Assembly (NCBI GenBank): GCA_002104945.1
Contig: MCFH01000015.1
Coordinates: 124,001-188,000 of the forward strand
Origin: Piromyces finnis finn
Taxonomy: Eukaryota > Fungi > Neocallimastigomycota
Direction of reading: 5' to 3'
DNA: 64,000 bases
The first letter of the stretch is position 1. Every line of letters starts with the position of its first letter. Of the stretch, positions 37,430 to 50,100 are shown piece by piece. Both the position numbers and the translations under genes were made by a program. Below the pieces are notes generated by a model. That model saw nothing but the letters and a program-made list of their open reading frames with translations, did no database searches and was not told the DNA's origin.

Positions 37430-40400
37430 TGAATAAATTTAATTATTTATATACAAAAAAAACTGTAAAAAATTTAATATAATTATGAATGATTTATATT
37501 ATATTATTTCATTTATATATTATAATATTATATTGATATACAACAAATTTAATTTATATAAAAGTAAATTAAAATTTTTTAATAAAAATATAATATACAA
37601 TATATTGTATAGAATTAATAATATATACACTATTATATTAAAAATTAATTGATATTTAAAATATAAACCAGATTTATGTATATCGAATTGTATTATAATA
37701 TATAGTGAAAACCTTTTTTTTTTTTACTACAAAAATCTAACTAGTAATTTTTATATAATATTTAAAGCTTATATAGTCATAAATTGAATAGTGAATAGTG
37801 GGGAATTTCTCTTAATAATACTAACCCTATTCAATTTCGCATCATCACCATCATCATTAGCAATAGTAATTAAAATCTTTGTTTTTCATTTCTAATAATT
37901 TAAGAAAGCTATTTGAAACGTTTGTTATTATAAAATCACTTAAAAATAAACTTTTTAAAAATAATATAAATAATAAAAATACTAATAATTTATAATACCA
38001 ATAAAAATTCAAATGTTCTATGCATGTAAATATTAACAATAAAAACTAAAAAAAAAAAAAAAGAAATATAATAATATGTAAATATTAATTATTAAAAATT
38101 ATAATAGCTAATTAATAAATCGATTGTTAATGATGATAAATTAAAAAAAAAAAACTTTATAACATTTTAAAATGTGGTGGTTTATGGGCTGGTCTTTATT
38201 TGCTTGGATAATGGAAGAAGAAGAAAAATAAATTAATTCATGTTTCATATATCAATATAAGAAAATTGACCGTCATTTCCTTATATTCAAGGGTCATTGT
38301 TATAGAAACATGCTGTGTCACATCATACAATCCCTCCTACATAAACTTTAATTCTAATGGATGAAATTTGATAGTTTATTTTCTTGGGAACATTTATATT
38401 CATTTTTATAATAAATAAACTTTTTAGTTTAATTGATTAATATTATAAAATATTAATGGTCACAATCATTTGTTTTAAATTATTATATAAACTTTTTAAG
38501 AAAATGGATTTAATTTAATTAATAATATATTTTCAATGTATTTTTATTATAAAAATCTTAATAATAATATAATAAATACAATATATTATATTATTTACAT
38601 TATTTTAATCTACTTTATTTAAAAAGTTTAATAAATTAAAATTTTTTTAAATATATATTAATTTCATTATTGGATACTATACTTAATATATTTAATAAAT
38701 AGATTATCTATCACTGTAAATAATTAAAAAATTAATTGTGCAAATAGACCAATAAAAAATGGAATAGTGATTGAATAAATAATAAACCGAAAGAATGTAT
38801 ATTAGAACAACGATAGTAATTTTTATATAAATTTAGTGGTTAAAAAAGTATATACTATAGAATTAAATAACAAAAAAAATTATTGGACCAAATTCTTTAT
38901 ATTAAAAAATAGAAATGAATTAAAATTTTAATATTTAAAAAAAAAAGCTATTTTAATAGAGTTAAAATGCTTCTCTAGAACTACCCAGATTTTATTAGGA
39001 ACAAAGAAGATATATATTTTTAATGATTAATGTTTAACTAGGCTATCTTTAATTATAAAATAACAAATTAATACAGTCTTTTTTTAATTGTTACTTTTTC
39101 ATGATTTTTAAAGATCCTTTTTTTTTAATATAAAGTTAAAAGATATTATTATGGAAATAGTAATAAATAAAAACATAATAGAAATTCTTTTTTTTTTTTT
39201 AATATTAATTATAATTTTTATTTACTATGATTAATTAATAGGTATTAAGCTTTATGAAAACTTAAAAATAATATAGTTATATATAATAATATATTAGATA
39301 ATATCTCATACTATTCAAAAAATCTTGGTATTACAATGTAGTGTATATTATGAATATATTTTCAGTATATTTTAAATATTCATATTAATTAATAAATTTT
39401 GATTTTTTTAAAAAAATAAGCCGTAAAATCATTCAATTTTTGGTAATATGAATTATTAATATATTAAGTGGACCAATAATAATGTTATTTAATTTATAAA
39501 GTTACACACCTTGTCTAATTAAAAAATATGAAATTCATAATAAATTAATTTTATTTGGATAAAAATGGGGAAATTCTTATTATAAAATACAATAATAATA
39601 ATAAAATAAAATAATTATTATTATCACAATTATTAAGTTATGATAATATGCAATTATAAAATTTATAAAATATTAAATGTAAATAATGATTATTACTGCT
39701 GTTATTGCTATTACTATTATTACTATTATTATTTTCATAATTATAATTATTTTACTATTATTATTATTGTGAAATAGTGTTTCTAATTTAGTTAGTCCAT
39801 TGATTACCAACAGATTAAATTAAATGATGCATTATTCAAACTATGACAATGATTAAACTATTTATTTTAAGTTTAATTAAAAAGTTGTATACAAAAGTTA
39901 ATTATATGTGCTTTATTCAAAAACTTATATACCTTTTTAATATAAAAAAAAGATAGATAGATCGAAAATCATTAATAAAAAATAGGCTAATTTAATATAA
40001 TACTCTATTTAAACTCTAGTAATTACTAAATATAATGTTATCCATCTTAATAATATTCTAATCATCCTAATAAAAATAATAACTCTAATATATAAGTTAG
40101 TCATAGTATTTTTTATTTTTTCTACTGATGATAATACCTTTTTTTTTCAATTGTTTTCTTTTAAAGTAATATTAACATCTACATTTAATTTTAAAATTAT
40201 GGTTATATTAAAATTTTTGTTGAAATTATCCTATATAATAATTTTATTGATAAAATCTTTTTTCAATTGAAAATTCAATTATATATATAGTTATCAAAAT
40301 AATCTATATATTTAAATAATGTATTTTAATATATTAAATAATAATACCATATATTTTATTTTATTTATCTATTTAATTTCCATCGATTGGAGATATTACT

Positions 40401-43400
40401 ATAATTTCATTACATTTTTTTTACATTTATAGAGTTTTTAATTTTTGTAATTAAATTACATTTAATTAATATCTTATTTATGATTATTAAATCTTTGTTT
40501 GTTCTAAAGTAAAAAAAGATAAAGTTATATTTATTAATAATTAAGGTTTGTCATTTAGATTTTATCTTTTTTAATAATTATTTTAATTTATATGAATATT
40601 AAATTAAAATGCTTTTTATTGGTTCTTTCAAAATTCATAAATTTAGATTAATTATAAACATTCATTGGGTATGTTTCAGAAAACAATAGAACAAGTTTTT
40701 TAATTAATTTTTTAATTAAGACAGTTTACTTTATTAGGAAATGTATAATCTATTTCCTCTAGTTTTTTGGATTGAATGATTGCCTATGTGTTTTTTGGCA
40801 TGACCATTTAATAATAATATTCATTAAAACTATTAAATAAATATTTTATTGAATATATAATATTTATTTTATATTATAATAAAAGACTAATATTATTATA
40901 ATGCTTATATAATAAAAGAATGCTATTATTATGCTAATTTATAATAGTAATTATTATCACTATTATATTATTTATTATTTTATATAAATTTAATTCATTA
41001 TTAAATAACGTGAAAGAAATGTAATTAATGCAATCTATTCTTTTATGATCTTTTATAATATAAATATAAATTGTTGATTTATCTATATGGATAATATATT
41101 ATCAATACAAAAGTAATAGTAGATAGATTAACTTTTTATAATAAAAAAGTATTTTTCTTTATACTACAATATATTATATATTATAAATCTTTTTTTAATT
41201 TTATCAGGAATAATCTTATTGGATAATAAAAAATCATATAACTTTATTAACTTTAATTTTTCCATAAAAAGCGATAAAAAATTTGTGTAACAAAAATTAT
41301 AAACTTTATTTTTATTATTTTTTTGCATGCGATCTTCAAACATTTTTTTCCCTTTTTTTTAGTAAAAACGTTTTTTTTTTATATATAGTTTAAATTTTTT
41401 TGTTTCCCTTTAATTTATATATAATAATTATAAAATAGACAATTTTTAAAAGAAAAGATAAAATCTTTGAATCTTTCTTTTTTTACTTTTAAAATGATTA
41501 AATGTTTCAAAATTTCATTATGATTCATTTTTTTTTATTTTTGTATTACAAAGTTAAAAAATTAACGAAAAATTTTTTTTATATTTTCCATTTTCACCTA
41601 AATAATTTTTATTTTTCTCCTAAAACAATGAATTTGTACTACAAAAAAAAATTTTTTTTTTTTTTTTGGAAAATTTTGAAAGTCGCAACATTCGAGAACT
41701 CTATCCGTCACAGTTGATAAAAAGAAATTAGAATAGGCTTAATCGTCTTTTATAATGGTAATAATTAAAATAATAATAGTCTTTATTAAATGTAAAAATG
41801 TTGATTAAAAAAAAAAAGTAAAGTTAAATATTCATATAAGCAACTTAAGAAAATATGATACTATTTATCAAAATCTATAATATATGTTTTTTTTTTTAAA
41901 AAAAAAGAAATAATGCACTTTTCATTTATATATATGCTATTTAAATGTTATACTTTATCTATTTCATAGAAACTACAATTCCTTTTTTATAAATATAAAA
42001 AAAACTTATTATTTGAAACAAAAAAAAAAAAAAAACAATAATTATTTATATTATTTATTTTGTAATAAATTGTATTATAAGACAGTAACATTACGATATA
42101 AATATTAAACTCATTATAGTATAATTATTATAAAATTTTTTAATAAAAACCTCTTATTTATAAAACTTCTTTTTGTATTTCAAATCATTTTTTTTTCCTC
42201 TGTTGTGTATGGGTTACATTTTCCATTTTTATTTGTTTTATGGGAAATTTTTAAGATTTTTATTCCATGTACATATAAAAATAAATAAACAAATAAATAT
42301 GATATTTAAAATATTGAATATTTTAATATTTGAACTTGTACACCATTCATTTACTTTTAAAATAACAAATAAATTATTTGTGAATGCTTCAACTTTAACT
42401 AAAGTAACAACAAAAAAAAAAAAGCTATAAAACTATAAAATATTGAAAATCTTTCTCTTAATTCGTTTGATATAATATATTTGAGTTTACAATAAAAATT
42501 ATAAAGTTATTATATCATAATATATAATATCGGAATGTTTTACCAAAAGTATAATTAATAGGATAAATTATAAAAAATATATATTAACCTCATTTACCTA
42601 CCATTTTTAAAATAAATGGAAAAAAAATAAAATCATATAAATACATAATATTATCATATTAACTTTATTATTATTTAAAGTTTACTATTATATTGTACTA
42701 AATTATTTTATGAATTAATTTAGAGTTTAATAATTAATAAACTTTTTCAATTAATAAAATAAATTAAAATTTTATTATTTTATATAAAAACTATCGATTA
42801 ATTTTATTTAAAAAAATGTAAACTTTTGGTTTGACAATATAACCTTATTTAATAATAAAAAAGTTTAATTTATAATAAATTAGTTTGAAATTAAACATTT
42901 CCCTACAATTATATATATTAAAATAATAATTAAAGATACATTTCCATATTTGTAATTCATCATTTTATTATTCATTTTCTTTTTTAATTTAAATTTAAAT
43001 TATTTTATTAAAATAAAAACTATAATGGAAGTTAAAAGTCACCTTTTTCATTAGTTAATACTTAAACATGAAATATTTGAAAAAAAAATTTTACACTAAA
43101 CCAACTTTATCATCAAAATAATTTTATTAGAAAGTTATTATCAATATAATAATATATAATTTTTCTTTTCAAATACCATAAATCTTTCCATATAGCAAAA
43201 AATATTTATATAATATAATATATTATTTATATACAACAAAATATTTGGCCTTTTTTATATTTGGAAAGATGTTTAATAGAAATAATAAAAATTTTATATA
43301 TATATTAAAACATTATATAATATATTAAATGATAATATAATTATAAAAAAGTTCTAATGACCGTTATTCCTTTTATATTCAAGTCTTACCTTAAAAATAA

Positions 43401-44761
43401 TATCAACTATTAACATCATGATTAAAAGTTGTCCTTTAAAAAAAATTCTTTCTTTTTTTTCTGATAATCAAGATTACAGTGGTAATAATGATAAATTTTG
43501 AAATGAGACACTTTATTATTATTGATACAATATATAAATAAAATAAAAACATTTAATATGAAATATATTCTAATAATATTTCATTATTTCATTTCTTTTC
43601 GTCTTCTTTTGTGGTTTATCATTTTAATTTTAATAATAATTAAATATTACTTTGTTTATTTTTAATTTAAAAACATTGTTTAAATTATATTAAAAAATAA
43701 AATTTCAGAAAATGAAATTTTGACATTATAATTAAAAAAAATTTTTTTTTTCCGCCGTTAATATAGCTTTAAAAATATAGACATATATGGTTCATTTTTA
43801 ATATTTATTCATTAATTTGGTATTCTTATTATTATACAATTATTTTCCTATTATTCTTATTTAAATTATAAATATCAATAATTATAAATGGAATAATGGA
43901 GATTTTTAAATATGTGTATATTGTTTTAATAAAATTAAAAATATAACATTAAAATAATATAAATATTGTACTATAAAAAATATGAAATATGAAAACAATA
44001 GCATAAAAGAAATAATATAAATATTGTTTCCTTTATAGAACTTTTATATTTAAAAAAGTTTGATTATATTCTTAACAATATAAATAAAAATAAAAAGTTA
44101 TTTTATTAATACATTATATTACGAAATATATCAGTCATAACAAAATAGAAAAAAAAAAGGATATTTATTGAATTTATTTAATATTTTTAATAAAGAAATA
44201 TAACCAACTTTTTATATACATGAAATTACAATATTGTTAAGTAATAAATAAATAAATATATCTTCATTAATATTTAAGAAAAATTATATTTATATTGAAA
44301 TATGTATAATAAAGGTTAACAAAAAAAATTTTTTTTTTTTAAGATAGAGTACTATTTAAAGTATAATAATTGTTATTATCTATCTATAATATAATAGTAA
44401 TTATTTTTATCATGATGCATACAACTGCTTGAAAATCTACTGAATTTCATTATCCTATCTAATTATTTTTTTTTTTCCTTTTTAAGTGAAGTTCGTTAAA
44501 AATCAGTAAGAATGAGTACAATTCAGTTTGAGTTATGAAATTTGTTGTTAGTATAATTGTGTAACTAAAAGGATCTGAAATATTATCTCCATAATTAAAA
44601 TTACTATTTTTTTTAATAGTATTCTTAAATTCTTTAGTATTTTTAATATTATTTTTAATTAGTTTCTTATGTGACAAACGACCGAGATTCATTAACACAC
44701 CCACCAAAGAGTAATAAGATATAAAAAATCTAAAAAGAATACAACAGGCAATATCTTAAAC

Positions 44762-44886
44762 TTTATTTCTTTTTTTTCAATTACAAACATTTTACTTGTT
44801 GAGTAACACAGATACTTTCAATAGTACAGCTTTATTTCTATTTTTATTTACAAAACATTTGTTGAGTAACACAAATACTTTCAATA
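44762..44886. repeat. Two-copy imperfect tandem duplication (~63 bp; core ttgttgagtaacacaRatactttcaata)
   Basis: Core at 44796-44823 and 44859-44886. Confidence 0.75.
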
Positions 44887-45059
44887 TGAAGTATTATATA
44901 TAATTTCTCATGTTAGCATAATCAGAAAAAAAGATTTAATATTCTTAAAAAATCAAATATTTTCATGGGATAGATTTTTGATGTATTGAGAGCAATAGAA
45001 TGAATGGTCTTTTCAATCTTTAGAAATTTGTGATATTACATAATATTAGGTGATAATAC

Positions 45060-47087
45060 ATATTGATATAATAAATAAAAAATAAAAATAATAAAATATA
45101 TATAAATAAAAATATAAATATAAAATAATATAAAATAATTATTTAAGTTGCATAAAAGTTCAATGAACTCTGCAATTTGTACTGTGTGGGATTGGTCCCT
45201 ACCTAATAAATTAAATGAAATAAAAAAAAAGAAGTAACATCAGGTATGATAGTGTGGTGTCCACTAAACTCTCCCATGAGCTCATAATGTTTTCATTCGA
45301 AGAAATACTAACATTGAACCCTGTGTACCGAATATTAGGAATGTTCCTTTGCCATATCGGTACGACGTCGACACTCTTGATTACGTTAGGTGTCTTACTA
45401 AACCTATCGAAAAGTAGCTTCATAGAGCTATTAATGATAGGGATTGTTTTAGTAAGAAAAGCCGCGAGACCCTCTACCTATGGAACATGAGACCCCAATG
45501 AACTGTAAAGCTGTTCATTCAAATGTCTTTGTTCCGCCTTATCGATTTGTAGCTCATCATAAGCTAAAGTTCCACCAAGAAGGAACGTAAAAATATAGTT
45601 ATAAATTGTTTTTCTTACTTCCATTTCGGAGAGTAAGTATATGATGAATTGATTCTTATATTTATTGTAAAAAAGGGTAAGAAGATCGTCAAGAAAGCTA
45701 AGTGAAGAAGTTCTGTATTCAGAGAATGCAGAATATTCTAATATCCAATGGTAAAAAGATTGTTCGTCATATCCACAACATGGACAGACACGAGGGCAGT
45801 CAGGAGTAACTCTATTTCTGGCAATAGCAATTCGGGTAGTGTATTCATAACCTCATCGAATACGAATAATCCAGGTAATTCCTAAATTTAAGTGAGGTTT
45901 GTTGAGACCGATATGCATTAGGCGATTTGAATTAAGGAATTTGTTGTTAGTATATCTGAGGGCTTTACTTCCATTATTTAGGCTACTATTATTCCAATAA
46001 TATTCTCTAATATCTTTAGTACTTTTAATATTTATTTTCATAAGCTTCTTATGAAGTGAACAAGATCCTTTGGCCCAAGAGTAATGAGACATGGGAGGAA
46101 TAGATCGGACGAGATCTTTAATAATACAATTTGATTTTCTCCATTTAACAAAGCATTTCACTTGTTGCGCAGTACAAATACCTGAAAGGGTAGGAATCTT
46201 CATATCTCTTGTAAGAGCATACAGACTAATAATGAATTTCGTTCAAAAACAAAATCTTTGTTATTAAGACTTTTATTGTGAAAGCTATTGACACTCCATA
46301 AAACAGTAGTATTGATAAGAGATTGGACTCTTCTACTTCTATTTTTGTTGGAACCAAGTAAAGGAGCATAATAAGAGACTTTGCTTAAAATATAGGAATG
46401 AATTACTATATTTTTTAAGCCAATAGGAACACAATTGTTAGTGAGGAAGCTCTTAAAAGAGAATAAAGATTTCTGAACTTTTTTGTACATATTAAACAGA
46501 ATAGGAGTCAGAGAAAGATCTTCGCCGAATGGGATTCCAAGATAAGTATAGCAAGAAACCTTTGGAATCGAGTACATACAGATGTAAAATGTTAGATCAA
46601 TATAACTAGGGGATCTATTAAAGTTGATAGGTTTAACAACAATAGTTGCACATTTATTTATTCCAAAAGACATTTCATTTAAATTAGCCCAATCAAGGAC
46701 TAGATTGAGCATCTTTTGAAGGTTCTTCTTGCTAGGAGCAATCAGAACAATGTCATCCGCGAAAAGGCCACCACAGCAACGTTTATTTCTTAAACTAACA
46801 CCAAGCCTTTCACATTTATTTAAAATATCATTGATAAAGAGATTAAATAGAATAGGAGAAAGAGGACATCTTGTCTTACACCACGGTTGATAGGGAATTC
46901 ATTAGAAAGTATATCCAAGAAGCGTACACGAGCTTTTGAGGTAGAGTAGATTATTAAGAAAATCAAAACACTTACCACGTATACCTAATTTATATAGCTT
47001 TGTAAGGATATTAAAAATAAGAACTGAGTCATATGCTTTTTTAAGGTCAAGAAAAGCAACATAAGTGGCTTTTCCTTTAAATTTTCT
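45060..47087 (-). mobile_element. Degenerate non-LTR retrotransposon family B, 3' part (RT C-terminal half + CCHC region); left boundary approximate
   Basis: Broken frames encode RRKFKGKATYVAFLDLKKAYDSV, CPLSPILFNLFIND, GGLFADDIV, YAPLLGSNKNR and CPRVCPCCG. Homologous to family A but clearly diverged, with frameshifts. Confidence 0.9.
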
Positions 47088-47094
47088 TCTTTGA

Positions 47095-47100
<6 letters not shown>
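47088..47100. repeat. 13-bp target-site duplication of copy 3 (tctttgacagatt; partner 52652-52664)
   Basis: Identical 13-mer on both flanks. Removing the insert plus one copy restores family B frame ...ISIRGICQRRKFKGK... Confidence 0.95.
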
Positions 47101-47131
<31 letters not shown>

Positions 47132-50100
47132 GGCATCAAATATTTTAAACTTTATTATTAATTTAATTAAAATTATAATACATGTAATATAAAAATTAAA
47201 ATAAAATAAAAATAAAAAAAAATATGTTTAAATAAACACAAATGAATAAAAATTGGGTATAATGTATTCTAGTAATTTTAATTAAAGTAAGAAAGCCACT
47301 ATCATACTAAAGTATAATAATTGTATTTGACTTCCAATGGGACACCGAGCCAAAGATCAAAATTTTGTCATGGAACAAAATTATGATCTCCATTGGTTGC
47401 GCTGGCCCTCCTGGCCTGTCTTACTGTTTCTTCAACATTGACGCTCTTGGATGTTGCTTCAAACCTTTTGAACATTGACCATTGCTGGCCAATAGCAAAA
47501 GGCATGATTTTGGTTAGAAGTTCCGCGGTTACCGTCAAGAATGGTGTTCCTTCGTTAGTACCAGATTGAATCTGACGCTTACAAAGTTCTTTCCATTCCC
47601 TTGAATTGTAATTAATATTGTTAAAACTTCTTCCCCCAAGAAGGAATTTAAATATTTTACTGCACACACTAGAATAATCATACACATTAATATTCACCGG
47701 ATTATTAGAACTATTACTATCATTAACTAAATTACTATCTAAATTAGAATTATTATCTTCACTATTGTTATCATTACTAATATTATTATTTCTATTACTA
47801 CTATTGTTATTATTACTATTTCTATTACTACTATTGTTACTATTACTATTGTTACTATTATTACTACTATTGTTACTATTACTATTAATGTTATTGCTAT
47901 CTCTACTGATATTAACATTTTCATTATTATTGATAGGACTATTGGAATTACGTTGACTGAAAAAATTTAGTAGCTGGACTATGGAATCATAATGTTTAAT
48001 ACGGATATCTCTAAATGTTGGACAATCTAATAACCAATGTTTAATACTTTGATCTCCACACTTGCAACATGGACAGTAGTTAGGACAAACTGGATCAACA
48101 AATTTAGCAGCTTTGGCAACTCTAGCATCCAACTTGTATCCGCTTCTTGCTTTCAAGAGCCAGTAGAAGCCATAGGCAAACTCTGGGTACTCATAACATA
48201 ATTTAATAAAATTTTTAGTTTCAATAAATTTATTATCATCATAATATTGCGCTTTGATTGAATTCCCTTTGAGATCTTTCCGATAAAAGTTTTTAATTGC
48301 TTTAATATCTCCATGCTTCTTTAGTTTTTTATCAAGTGTCCTACTTGATTTGCACCACGTGTATTTTCTAAATTTAGGAATGTAATTGACAAGGTATGAG
48401 ATAATACAATTTGAGTTTTTCCATTTGTTAAAACATCTAACCTGAGCTAACGCACATTTGGCTGACAATGGAGGAATATTCAAATCTTTTGAGATAGAGT
48501 ATAAAGATATAAACGATACAGCTTTATGAACTCCGGCAACCCATCGTATTCCTTTGTTAACATGCTTCTGAGCAATTCTAGACCTGGCTTTGTTGGATCC
48601 AAGTAATGGTGCAAAGTATGAAACTCTGCTAATCACTTGTGAGTTAAGTACTAGCTTTTTGAAGGGAATAGGAATATTAGGATTTCTTAAGAATTTACTG
48701 ACTGAAAAAAGTCCTTTCAAAACCTTGTTATTAAGAGCTTTAATTACTGGTTTAAGGGACAAATTCTTATCAAATGGAACACCAAGATAAGTATAGCAAT
48801 CAGTAGTTGGAATGGGTTGTCCTGCTAAGTAAAATGTTGGATCTCTCTTGTTCTGATTTTCTATTGATTCAGGACGAATCACCATCGTTGAACATTTCTG
48901 GATACCAAATTCCATTTCATTATACAATGCCCATTCATTAACTCTTCTAAGCATCTTTTTTAAGCATCCTCTTGTTGGAGCACAAATAACTATATCATCT
49001 GCAAAAAGTCCACCACAGCATCGAGTGTCACCTAAACTGACTCCAAGATCTTCGCACTCTCTAAATATATCATTAATAAAGAGATTAAAGAGAATAGGAG
49101 AAAGAGGGCATCCTTGACGGACTCCTTTCTTCACATCAAAAGATTTCGAGAATTGTCCATCTAATTTGACATTAGCCTTAGATGTTAAATATAAATTTTT
49201 GATAAATTGTAAACTCTTACCTCGGATTCCTAAACAATCTAATTTATGGAGAATATTACCGATTGGGACTGAATCGTATGCTTTCCTGAGATCTAAAAAG
49301 GCCAAATATGTCTCTTTATTATCTAATTGACGTCTACGGCATATTTCTTGGATTGAAATGAAAAGACTGATACTTTCTTCCTTATTTCGAAAACCAAATT
49401 GTTCAGGTCTAATGAAATTATTCTTTAGACCATATTCTGAGATTCTAGTGGTGACAATTTTGGAAATCAACTTAATGCCATTATTGATAAGTGATATACC
49501 TCGATAGTTATCACAATCTGTCAAATCTCCCTTCTTAGGAATAGAAACAATACTGGATTCATTCCATGAGTTGGGGAAGTCTCCATCCCAAATACGGTTG
49601 AATAATTTAAGAATAAAATTTAAACCATGAGCATCATTATCTGAAGTGGTATTACCGGAAGAATTATTATCTGTAGCATTATTAGAATCATTACTTGATG
49701 GGATTAATGCTTTGTAAAATTCAATTGGAATACCATCCGGACCTGATGCTTTATAATTTGGAGTAGTGAGGATAGCTGACTTGACTTCATCAATACTAAT
49801 ATCTTGGTTGATATCCCACTCATCAAGCATAGGAAGTGAAAAACGTTTATTCATTGGTTCTTCATACCAATGCTCCAAATCAAGACTTACACCACTTAGA
49901 TCTGATGCAAGGTTTTCGAAATGATCATGCCACACTTCTAGTTGTTCTTCCGTAGCAACAACTAATTCTCCATTTTTATTTTTAATTGGTTGAGCAATAA
50001 AGAAAGAATCTTTTCCAATTTTTGCAGTTTTCTTGATCCATTTCCAGGCCTTCTTAGGATTATGACTCTTCATATACTCACATCCTGTTTTAATCCAATG

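Noticed and set aside
38267-43383. Similar ~25-mers tgaccgtYatt(t)cctt(tt)atattcaag at 38267 and 43358 as possible element termini
   Set aside because: Direct orientation, gapped, with no TSD or internal coding evidence. Too weak in AT-rich DNA.
41502-44707. Short ORFs 41502-41717, 42173-42430, 44459-44707
   Set aside because: Low-complexity AT-driven translations (F/K/I/N rich) with no motifs or splice support.
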